IMG/VR virus record: IMGVR_UViG_3300035670_000145 | Span: 9,811 to 73,810 of that record | Reading direction: 5' to 3' (one strand) | Origin: a virus | Length of the DNA stretch: 64,000 bases | In this document: positions 19,451-27,514 of the stretch, in pieces | Layout: every line of letters starts with the position of its first letter | Position numbering within the stretch: position 1 is the first letter of the stretch | Translations under genes and position numbers: made by a program | Notes under the pieces: model-generated | The model's database searches: none | What the model saw: only the letters and a program-made list of their open reading frames with translations | Told to the model about the DNA's origin: nothing

Positions 19451-20128
19451 CTATACAGGCACTGTTGGCGCTTGCTGTCTGTAATAACGAACACTACAGC
19501 GGCACCTTGCCCCGCACTCGCAACGCTGGCCGGGAAGAGGAAGTGTACCAATGGACACTATTCCCTGGTCTGCATATCTGAGGCAGTCCTCGCAATGCTG
19601 GGCCTGGCTGTCCAAAATGCGTCGCATGAGACTATATCCTTGTCGCTGCTGCCGAAGTTCGGCACCCTGCCAGTAAGATCCGCGAACGCTTTGAGCATAT
19701 AAGCCAATGCGAGCCAGAGCCATGGGAGCAGAAAGGCGATTGCTAAGCAAGTCGGAAACAAAACGTTGGAGATAAGCATATTCCTCGCGAAGGCGCTGAC
19801 CGATGCGGCCGTATTCCGCACTGCCCATGCCGGCTCGACCACCATGGCCCACAATTGCTGCCTGAATATGAGCAGCCTTAAGCAATTCGCGGATACTCCC
19901 CTGCCACTGATCAAGCGTGATGGATCCATTGATCAACATGCGCGTAAAGCGCCGTAAACTTGCGTCCAGTTTATCAATGCGCTTGTCCACAAGCTTTTCG
20001 ATCGACGCTTTACTAAGGAACCGCCCCTTTTCGTCGCGATAACGACCGCTGTTCTGGTCATAAGACCATTCAGCGTCCATCCTGCTGGACAGAATAGTTT
20101 CACTGAAGCTTTCGATATTATTCAGCAT
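19451..20128 (-). CDS. Head morphogenesis protein (MuF/gp7-like)
   Basis: Directly after portal; HC.DC...PG..C.C...CRC terminus. Confidence 0.75.
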   Translation of the reverse strand: MLNNIESFSETILSSRMDAEWSYDQNSGRYRDEKGRFLSKASIEKLVDKRIDKLDASLRRFTRMLINGSITLDQWQGSIRELLKAAHIQAAIVGHGGRAGMGSAEYGRIGQRLREEYAYLQRFVSDLLSNRLSAPMALARIGLYAQSVRGSYWQGAELRQQRQGYSLMRRILDSQAQHCEDCLRYADQGIVSIGTLPLPGQRCECGARCRCSVRYYRQQAPTVPV

Positions 20129-22190
20129 TATCAGCTTCTAGTAGGTCCTTAAATTTTTCGGGAGCCTCTTCCTTCCATTGCTGCAGTGCTGCGTCAACGT
20201 CCGCCTCGCTAATAAAAGCAGCCTCGTCAATGCCTCCAAGCATTAGCCCTTCCACTTGCACGGGCTCAATCGCATCCACTTTGCTGCTGACCATTTTTGC
20301 TGGCCCTTTTCGATCTGGATTAGGGTCGGACTTGCGCTTGCGGGCCACAATTGTCTGCCGCTCCTCTTTGCTCATGGCTTTAGCTTTTGCCTTGGGCAAG
20401 CACTTTGGCTTTCCTTCTCTCTCTTCGCGCCCTCCACATTCACCAAGAATTTCTCCGTTAGCGCCAATCCTCACCCATTCTTCCTTGAACCATTTATCAA
20501 GATCATCGTGGTTCACGTCGCCATTATCCCCCTTAAAGCCACTGCCGCCACCGTGCTTTTTCTTATAGAGTTCTTTGTACTTCTGCACCATGTAGGCGCT
20601 GGCATAAGCACTAGGCCACACCTTGAATTTTGACTTGGCGGCGGCAATTGCTTGCTGATGCAGGTCTTTGTCTTTGAACTGCACATCGCCCCGCACTTTT
20701 TCGAGGTCACGAGGCAAGAACAATCCTGCGGCGTCTTCTACTTCCCTGCTTCCATCCATTGGCAAGGTGCCGTTCTCTTCGTTCATGGGATCGCGTCCGC
20801 CAGGAGGCACGGCCAATCCACTCGCTTTCTGAGTGGAACCACCCCCTCCCTGAGTAGGAAGCTCGCGCACCACAGACGGATCGAGAGTAAGCTCCATCGA
20901 CCACTCGGAGCCGCCGTAACGTGCGTCGGCCACCTCTTTGGGGCTCAGTACTCCGAGCTGAATGTAGCGCCCGTCTACGGCCGCCACGCGAGCCCTCACG
21001 TCGGCTTTCTCTCTTTCGTTCAGCTCGAACAAATCGTTGAATTTGATGCGCCACGATTCCGGCACTCGCCCATTCGTCGGTCCAGTCTTGCTAAGCATGA
21101 TGTAGGTCATCAGCTTTTTAAGGGGACGATGGAAAGTGGATTGTTGGTAGTCGGCTAGCGTCTTAGCGAAATCTCTCTCTTCGCTTCGCCCAGTAGAGCC
21201 AAGGCCGCTGGGGCTTTCACCAAACAAAACTGTATGGGGAATTTTTGATGCGCCAATAATATCAACGCGAGTTTTTTCTAAGATTTCACCAACTCCGCCA
21301 AAGTTCCTACTGATAAAAGCAAGCTCTTCCTTCTCAGCGTCAATCGCATAGCCACGATAAACACTTTTGCTCATGTCGTTAAGGACAAGACGATCTCTCA
21401 CGTCTTTTTCTTTGCCTGCAGCAAGCATTTGTGCTAGGCCACGAATTTTGTGGACAAAAATATCAAACTCACTCAACAGGGTGGCGGCGCTATTCAATCC
21501 AGTCCAATAGTGCTTAAAGCTTTCATAGACAGTCTGTAAACTGCTCATTCCCCATCCATAGTTCCTCTGCCTAATCCGATAAGGAAGCCAATCGCCATCA
21601 AAACGCAAAATCCTGTCTTTATGGATGTAGGTGAGTTGCGGCTGCCGAATCAAATCGCCGGAAATAATTTGATAGTAAGTTGCTTTGGAGTAGTCGTACA
21701 GATTTTCTTCATTGATCACTGGTGCAATTTGCCAGCGATCCAGCACTTCCATTCCTTCCACGGAATAAATGCGGCTTCTGTCAACTGGCTGATCTGCTGG
21801 CCTGCCGTCATCAATGTACAAAAGAATTACGGCCCCTCCATAAAGCCTCGAATTTTTAGAGGCAAGCATAAAGTTTTCAAGGATATACAAATCTTCAATC
21901 ACCTGTTCAATGCCTACCACTTCTTCAGCCGCCGCTCCTTCTCCGCCAAACAACACCTTGAAGCCCCTTCTTGTGGCTTGCTCTGCATAGATATCCACAA
22001 TGCGGCGAGGCAGCCATTCGCCGTAGAGCGCTTCCAACTCTTCTTGCGCAAGAAAGATGATGGGCTGCGCTTGCGTGGATAAACTTTTGTCCCTGCCAGA
22101 GATGCCCATGCCAGTGAGGGCATTGGCAAGACCATCATTGCGCAGTCCGTCCGCAGTGGCATGCCCCAAGTCAACTGCTTCTTCCGACAT
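20118..22190 (-). CDS. Portal protein (DUF1073-type) with C-terminal extension
   Basis: R.YGG, IH.DR.LRFDG, WG.S.L, IP.T.LFG.SP.GL..TG motifs; about 250 extra C-terminal residues. Confidence 0.9.
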   Translation of the reverse strand: MSEEAVDLGHATADGLRNDGLANALTGMGISGRDKSLSTQAQPIIFLAQEELEALYGEWLPRRIVDIYAEQATRRGFKVLFGGEGAAAEEVVGIEQVIEDLYILENFMLASKNSRLYGGAVILLYIDDGRPADQPVDRSRIYSVEGMEVLDRWQIAPVINEENLYDYSKATYYQIISGDLIRQPQLTYIHKDRILRFDGDWLPYRIRQRNYGWGMSSLQTVYESFKHYWTGLNSAATLLSEFDIFVHKIRGLAQMLAAGKEKDVRDRLVLNDMSKSVYRGYAIDAEKEELAFISRNFGGVGEILEKTRVDIIGASKIPHTVLFGESPSGLGSTGRSEERDFAKTLADYQQSTFHRPLKKLMTYIMLSKTGPTNGRVPESWRIKFNDLFELNEREKADVRARVAAVDGRYIQLGVLSPKEVADARYGGSEWSMELTLDPSVVRELPTQGGGGSTQKASGLAVPPGGRDPMNEENGTLPMDGSREVEDAAGLFLPRDLEKVRGDVQFKDKDLHQQAIAAAKSKFKVWPSAYASAYMVQKYKELYKKKHGGGSGFKGDNGDVNHDDLDKWFKEEWVRIGANGEILGECGGREEREGKPKCLPKAKAKAMSKEERQTIVARKRKSDPNPDRKGPAKMVSSKVDAIEPVQVEGLMLGGIDEAAFISEADVDAALQQWKEEAPEKFKDLLEADNAE

Positions 22191-22255
22191 TGTTCACACT
22201 ATTGGCGTGCCTCCATTCTAAACGTGGCTATGATGGCGACGACGTTCTTTTAGTT

Positions 22256-22741
22256 ATGCCCACTCCCATTGAATTTGTCTTCTCCGAAGAGGAAAGGAAG
22301 CAGGCGATGGAGGAAGGACAACGACGCCAGTCTGTGAACGAAACGAAAGGGCTTCGAGGGCGCAATAAAGGCGCGGCCCGTGGTGATCAAGCTTTGTCTA
22401 TTCACTTGCTTGGCGCCGCAGGTGAAATGGCAGTGGCATCTTTCATGGGCCTAAAGCACGAGCTTTACAAAGAAAGCGAGGCAAGGCGCGGGTCCGATGA
22501 TTTGCCGGGAATTGACGTAAAAACTCGATCAAAACATTCCTACGATCTCATTGTGCAAAAGAACGAAGACCCCGGAAAAAAGTTTGTTTTGGTGACCATT
22601 GAAAACCAAAAAACTTTCATTCATGGCTGGTGCTACGGAAAGGAAGCAATGGAGGAACGATTCTGGGCCGATCCCGCGAGAGGTAGGCCAGCTTATTTTG
22701 TTCCTAAAGAACAGCTTCGCCCCATGTCAACTTTGCAATGA
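22256..22741 (+). CDS. PD-(D/E)XK-like nuclease-fold protein
   Basis: GE.AVA ... D..... DVKT motif; ATG at 22256 after TATGAT. Confidence 0.55.
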   Translation: MPTPIEFVFSEEERKQAMEEGQRRQSVNETKGLRGRNKGAARGDQALSIHLLGAAGEMAVASFMGLKHELYKESEARRGSDDLPGIDVKTRSKHSYDLIVQKNEDPGKKFVLVTIENQKTFIHGWCYGKEAMEERFWADPARGRPAYFVPKEQLRPMSTLQ

Positions 22742-24120
22742 GCAGTTCTCTCAAATGCAGCGACTTTGCCAGGCATGTATTAAAGCTTGAGCTTTGGCCT
22801 GAGCAAAAGCGCATTCTTGACGGCTACTTTGGCGGCAACAAAACTCATGCCGTGTGGGCGCTTGGGCGACGCTGCGGCAAAACGCTTATGGCCGCTATTG
22901 CAGCCCTGTACGCCTGCTTTGTCTTGGAAGATCAATACAGAAGGCGCGTGCGAAAAACGGAAAAGTGGTACATTCTTACCATTGCAAACGATCAAAGCCA
23001 GGCAAAGCTAGCGCTCAATAATATTCGCCAGCTTCTAATGGACAGTCCTCTTGTTGATGAAATCACAAGAGAAACTGCCACTGAAATTGAAACTAGTAAT
23101 AATTGCGTGTTCCAAGCCATTCCTGCATCGGCCCGCGCTTCTCGTGGTAAGGCCGTGGTGATGTTAATCATGGACGAGCTTTCCTTTGCTATTGAAGGCG
23201 ATGCCAACCGTGGCGCAAAAGCCATCTACGATGCGCTTTCCCCTTCCATTGCACAGTTCGGGCAGCACGGACGCATCCTTGAACTATCTTCTCCATGGCT
23301 CACCGATGGCCTGTTCTATCAGCACTATTGCGAGGCAAAATCTGGAGAGTTTCCCTTTATGCAGGCAGTGAATCTCCCAACTTGGGAGGTGAATGTTAAT
23401 TTGCCATGGGGATGTGCATTCCTTGACGCTGAACTAAAACGTGATCCCGATAAGTTCTGGGTGGAATATGGAGCTCAGTTTGCTAAAAACAATTCAGCAC
23501 TATTGGCCACTGAAATTGTCGAAGCTGCCATAAGCAAGGAGCGGGGAGTACTGTTTCCCGAGAAAGAATTTACTGGCACTTATGTGCTTTCCCTGGACCC
23601 CGCCCGAGGCGGTGTGGGACGAGACGATTACACCGCTTGCATTGTTCATTATGAGGGCGAAAGGCTAGTGGTGGACAAGTTTCACGCCTTCGAACCAGAC
23701 TTTGAAATTGGTGGCAAGAAAGAAGTGAACATGGCGAAAGTGGAAGAGTGGATCAAGGAACACCATCGCATTTATGAGTTTCAAAGTATCGTGCTTGACC
23801 AATTCAATAGCAGCTTTATCATTCAGAATCTTTCTAAGGATTTTCCTATTGCAGAATTAGCCTGGTCAGTTAGCACAAAAATGAAAGCCTTCAGCAAAAT
23901 GAAAGAGCTCTTTAATGCTGGCTTAATTGAACTTTATCCTCACCAAAAAGCAATCACTCAGCTTAAAAATTTGAGCGTTATTTATAGAGCAAGCGGACAA
24001 TGGGCCGTCACTGGAGGAAAGGAAGTGGGGGTTGATGACTATGCGTTCGCACTTGCGGCGGCGATTCTTGAGGCATCCAAGGATAATGACATCGACTGGT
24101 TGAATAGTCTTGTTCGATAA
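22738..24120 (+). CDS. terL: Terminase large subunit
   Basis: Walker A GRRCGKT, Walker B LIMDE, SSP coupling motif, nuclease LDPA...D and C-terminal DD. Confidence 0.93.
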   Translation: MSSSLKCSDFARHVLKLELWPEQKRILDGYFGGNKTHAVWALGRRCGKTLMAAIAALYACFVLEDQYRRRVRKTEKWYILTIANDQSQAKLALNNIRQLLMDSPLVDEITRETATEIETSNNCVFQAIPASARASRGKAVVMLIMDELSFAIEGDANRGAKAIYDALSPSIAQFGQHGRILELSSPWLTDGLFYQHYCEAKSGEFPFMQAVNLPTWEVNVNLPWGCAFLDAELKRDPDKFWVEYGAQFAKNNSALLATEIVEAAISKERGVLFPEKEFTGTYVLSLDPARGGVGRDDYTACIVHYEGERLVVDKFHAFEPDFEIGGKKEVNMAKVEEWIKEHHRIYEFQSIVLDQFNSSFIIQNLSKDFPIAELAWSVSTKMKAFSKMKELFNAGLIELYPHQKAITQLKNLSVIYRASGQWAVTGGKEVGVDDYAFALAAAILEASKDNDIDWLNSLVR

Positions 24121-24170
24121 TTACGCTTAGAATTTTCAGCAATTGCTGAAACTTTCACTTTTTTTGAAAA

Positions 24171-24347
24171 ATGATTGGTATTGAAATTTCTAGCAAGGAG
24201 CTAGCCTTTTTACTAGCGCTCCTGGAGGCCGACAGGCAAACGGCGCTTCAGCTTCTTGCCGCCGAGCATGCTTATAAGCCCACGCTACTGCCAAAACTGC
24301 GAGAGGCAGAGAAAGTTGTTAAAGCAATGAAAAATTTGGAAGGATAG
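24171..24347 (+). CDS. Small hypothetical protein (58 aa, not in ORF track)
   Basis: MIGIEISSKELAFLLALLEADRQ...NLEG*, preceded by TAGAAT. Confidence 0.5.
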   Translation: MIGIEISSKELAFLLALLEADRQTALQLLAAEHAYKPTLLPKLREAEKVVKAMKNLEG

Positions 24348-24372
24348 ACTAAACACATTCCTCCTCTTTGCC

Positions 24373-24588
24373 ATGGCATCGTCCTTCACCGCAGAAGAAG
24401 CCCTTGCTTGGGCCATGAAGGCTGCAGAAGCCGTAGAAGAAGCTGGCAAAAGCTTTGGCCCCATGAGCGAAGAATCGCGGCTCGCAAGGGCTGCTTTTGA
24501 GCATCTCATGGACGATTATCGCGAGCATTGGAGCAATGCCTGCGAAAGCCGGTTTGGCCATCAAGGATGCAAAGAATACGACGTGTGA
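24373..24588 (+). CDS. Hypothetical protein
   Basis: 71-aa ORF with TAGACT and a pyrimidine-rich leader. Confidence 0.6.
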   Translation: MASSFTAEEALAWAMKAAEAVEEAGKSFGPMSEESRLARAAFEHLMDDYREHWSNACESRFGHQGCKEYDV

Positions 24589-24729
24589 GCAATGGTTTGC
24601 TTGTGCTACAGCCTCCATGGCCAGCGGCATGAAATCAGAGTGCCATTTCACGAAGCGCGTTTTGTCAATAAGCGTTTGTTCCTGGAGGGAGCCGCCGTGT
24701 ACTGGACCTTTCTCTGTTAAGCTTTCAAA

Positions 24730-24942
24730 GCTTCCTGCAGGAGCCCGTTGGCCAACGGCTTGCCAGTATCCTCGTCAATGCTGGCATCATCGTGGATTCC
24801 GTTCACTGTCTTAAGTGAGTTGAAGCACTTAAGACGCTTGGCAGAATGTCAGGGCCGCACCCTGTTTATTTCCTGATGCGGAAACATTCTGCCGCTTGTC
24901 TCTTCTGATGATGAAAGCTGGTTTGATTCCAGCAGGAGACCT
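24730..24942 (+). ncRNA. Structured ncRNA ending in a tRNA-like acceptor/T-arm module
   Basis: -10 TAAGCT at 24718; perfect 10-bp stems 24808-17/24826-35 and 24840-49/24884-93; GTCTCTT/AGGAGAC stem plus GCTGG-TTTGATT-CCAGC arm. Confidence 0.7.
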
Positions 24943-24946
24943 TTCG

Positions 24947-25159
24947 CTATTTATTTCTGTGCCCAGCTTCTTCCGTTGCGTGAATGTAGGTTTTTAGCTC
25001 ACGCACATATTGTCTGAGCAAGGCGGCCTTCTCCAGATGCCAAGGATCACGATGGAGAAAGTAAAGCTCCATGTGGTTGTCAATGGCTTTTAGGCAATTG
25101 TGAATAGGCGCGTTCCATTGCGAACGAACTGGCGTATCAAACGTCCGACGCTCGTCCAT
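24947..25159 (-). CDS. Hypothetical protein
   Basis: 70-aa ORF coupled to the phosphoesterase gene. Confidence 0.6.
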   Translation of the reverse strand: MDERRTFDTPVRSQWNAPIHNCLKAIDNHMELYFLHRDPWHLEKAALLRQYVRELKTYIHATEEAGHRNK

Positions 25160-25697
25160 TGGCCTTGAAATAAGCCTTGATGTCCTCTAATGCTACCGGC
25201 TCAAAATCGTTTCTTTCTAAACAGGCATTGAAATAACGCCCGTCTACTTCCCCATCGTCCGTCAATACAAGATGACAATGGAGATGGCCGTGGACGTTGC
25301 CAAGATAATGCCCCTGCAAAATACTGGGATGCACTGGAATGTGCGTGAAGATTAGACCTCCCGGCATGGTGCTATCACCCCCACGAAAAAATGCTCCTCG
25401 AATGTCTTCAAAATACGGAAGATAATCTTGAATTTTGTAAATATCATGATTCCCTTTGACGAGAATCTTCTTCCCATTGAAACGATTGAGAAGCTGCAGA
25501 CCACTTCTGGGAATTGCCACGTCGCCCAAAATGTAAACGCGATCTTTCTCGTGGATCTTTTTGTTCCAACGCTCAATGAGCGTTTCGTGCATTTCTTCAA
25601 TGGAGGAGAAAGGACGAAGGGGTTCTCCGTCGGGACGCACGAAATCCAGCATCTTGGCATGGCCGAGGTGCAAATCTGATGTGACAAAAGCGCTCAT
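25137..25697 (-). CDS. Calcineurin-like metallophosphoesterase
   Basis: SDLH.GH, LGDV, GNHD, HIP and HGHLH motifs. Confidence 0.92.
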   Translation of the reverse strand: MSAFVTSDLHLGHAKMLDFVRPDGEPLRPFSSIEEMHETLIERWNKKIHEKDRVYILGDVAIPRSGLQLLNRFNGKKILVKGNHDIYKIQDYLPYFEDIRGAFFRGGDSTMPGGLIFTHIPVHPSILQGHYLGNVHGHLHCHLVLTDDGEVDGRYFNACLERNDFEPVALEDIKAYFKANGRASDV

Positions 25698-25702
25698 AGT
25701 AA

Positions 25703-25903
25703 TCAGTGCTTTTCGTAAACTACTTTTCTTTGCACGGGATCAGGACGATCTTCCAGCTCATGCAAAAGATCAAGAGCCTGATCAAATGTGCTAAACCAGC
25801 CCCTCTCGTCCCAGATGAAAGGACAGATGCGCTCTTGTACTTCGTAGAGCGGCTCCCATGGATGCACGGCGCTTGGACGTTGAACAATGCGAAATCGCGC
25901 CAC
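25703..25903 (-). CDS. Hypothetical protein
   Basis: 66-aa ORF starting MARFRIV, co-oriented with neighbours. Confidence 0.55.
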   Translation of the reverse strand: MARFRIVQRPSAVHPWEPLYEVQERICPFIWDERGWFSTFDQALDLLHELEDRPDPVQRKVVYEKH

Positions 25904-25950
25904 AGCAAAATTTAGAAGGCAAGCCTTAGTTTAGTACGGTTCGGAAGAAA

Positions 25951-26020
25951 GGGCTCCTCCAGGAATCGAACCCGGCATTCCAGGCTATCTGCCTGACGTG
26001 TAAACCAACACCAAGGAGCA
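25951..26020 (-). tRNA. Non-canonical tRNA-like element (Ile GAT-like loop)
   Basis: Cloverleaf GCTCCT/AGGAGC, GTGT/ACAC, TCAGG-CAGATAG-CCTGG, CCGGG-TTCGATT-CCTGG; A33, 1:72 mismatch, short D-loop, no CCA. Confidence 0.7.
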
Positions 26021-26137
26021 AGTGACCCCCAGGTTTGAGCATCGTTGAGAGGCTTAGGGGGTGTTAAACGATGGAGCAAGCGTGAGGGTCATCCGGGATT
26101 TGCCCCCAGTGACGCACAGAGGCTTGCCCGCCGTCGC
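26021..26137 (-). ncRNA. Structured RNA 5' of the tRNA-like element
   Basis: -10 TATAGT at 26143-26148; nested stems GCAAGC/GCTTGC, GTCA/TGAC, CTGGG/CCCGG; C5/G5 hairpin; CATCGTT/AACGATG complementarity. Confidence 0.55.
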
Positions 26138-26143
26138 TTGATA

Positions 26144-26653
26144 CTATAGCACCACTCTCGGCCGCAAGCCAAGGCGCACCCTGTTCTCCTCAATGCTTTC
26201 TCCGACAGATCTGCCTATTAAATACATTGCCGCGTCAAATAATGTATTTGCATCATCTTTTGCGTTGCCAAGCATTAAGTTACAGGAGCCGCATAAAATT
26301 CCTCTGACATGATTTAATGAATGGCAGTGATCCACGACAAAATTTCCGCTTGCGTGATTTGGCTCTGTAGTGCCACAAATTGCACAGCAATAATTCTGCT
26401 TGGCGAATAATTCATTCCACTGTTCAACGGTCATTCCATAATTAATCTTCAAGCTTTGCGCCCTGGATTTTTGAGCGCAATATTTCTCCTTTTGCCTTTT
26501 AAGTACATCCTCTTTTCTCTGCTCATAGCTAGAAGATGCGGCGGTTTTTGTGCATAATCTGCACCTTGCAGTAAGGCCGTCTTTTACTCTTTTTTCCTTG
26601 TAAAAATCGCTAGCCTGCTTAAGCTCACCACACATGACGCATTGTTTTTTCAT
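26144..26653 (-). mobile_element. Endonuclease VII-type homing endonuclease
   Basis: N-terminal CxxC..CxxC; YG.T..Q...CAIC...VDHCH....RG.LC..CN..LG motif; follows nrdB. Confidence 0.85.
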
Positions 26654-26703
26654 GGCAGGATGGGCTCGAAAAATAAAATTCTAGCCCATCCCACAATTAA
26701 AAC

Positions 26704-27441
26704 CTAGCGCCCGTAAGAAGGCAGGTCGTAATTTGCGCTTTCGAAAAACGCCAAACTCCGCGCCCTACGAGTGTCGGCCATTTCAGGGGCCTTGCCAGTA
26801 AAGAACAAATTTTCAGACTGGCGCATCCAGAAATCTTTATCCAGCCATTGATTAGAGGAAGATCCAAGCTTGTCAAATAGCCACGCGGCAGTAGCCTTCC
26901 GAAGTTTATTCAGGCTTTGGGAATCTTCCTCTCCAAGCTCTTTCGCCACCATCCCATGCACTGCCGTATGAACCCGTTCATCGCGAGAAATATCGGCTGA
27001 GACAGTGCGCATACCAATATCGCCGTTCTGCCTAAAGAATGGCAAAGCGACAAAGAAAACGCTCCGTTCAAGAATGGAGGCTTTATGGATGGGGTGGGCG
27101 GGATGCTCCATCCACGCCTTCAAAATGTTCATCACCTCTTTTTCTGCTTTGGCATCCGTGCCATGAGCAGCGGCGATGTAGCTCAATGCTTGGTCGTGAC
27201 GTTCTTCATCTTCCTGGTTTGAACGCAAAGCCTCAATCACTCCAGGAGTAGAGGGAAGATCGCGATGCAAACCTTGCTCTAGTAATTCTTTCACCGGAAG
27301 TTCAAGATGACGCAATGCCAAGGCACGAAAAATTGTATCTTCACCGCCGCATACAACGGCACCTTTTCCGACTGGAACGGCCTGCCAAGGGCGTTTTTTT
27401 GCAATGGTAGACAAATAGGGAGAGTCTGCAACGGCGACCAT
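26704..27441 (-). CDS. nrdB: Ribonucleotide reductase small subunit (Cyano-SP-type, ferritin-like)
   Basis: E, DE.RH, E, DE.VH carboxylate/His pattern; directly downstream of the RNR alpha gene. Confidence 0.8.
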   Translation of the reverse strand: MVAVADSPYLSTIAKKRPWQAVPVGKGAVVCGGEDTIFRALALRHLELPVKELLEQGLHRDLPSTPGVIEALRSNQEDEERHDQALSYIAAAHGTDAKAEKEVMNILKAWMEHPAHPIHKASILERSVFFVALPFFRQNGDIGMRTVSADISRDERVHTAVHGMVAKELGEEDSQSLNKLRKATAAWLFDKLGSSSNQWLDKDFWMRQSENLFFTGKAPEMADTRRARSLAFFESANYDLPSYGR

Positions 27442-27467
27442 TTTAGTAATGCAATGGGGAAAGAATG

Positions 27468-27491
27468 AAAAAGGGGGAGTAAGTCCCCCTT
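27468..27491 (-). terminator. Terminator-like hairpin between nrdA and nrdB
   Basis: AAGGGGGA-5 nt-TCCCCCTT followed by a U-tract. Confidence 0.6.
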
Positions 27492-27514
27492 ATGAACGAA
27501 TTGTGGAGGGCTTT

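Noticed and set aside
20118-22190. Anti-CBASS Acb1 function for the DUF1073 protein
   Set aside because: No paired HxT/S phosphoesterase motifs in the extension; synteny indicates a portal
24898-24941. Hammerhead ribozyme (CTGATGA...GAAA)
   Set aside because: Stem II is absent and there is no NUH triplet after the stem III equivalent; the T-arm reading fits better
24730-24942. tmRNA or glutamine riboswitch
   Set aside because: No GGGGC 5' end, G3:U70 identity or tag ORF; no GGAAGUA E-loop
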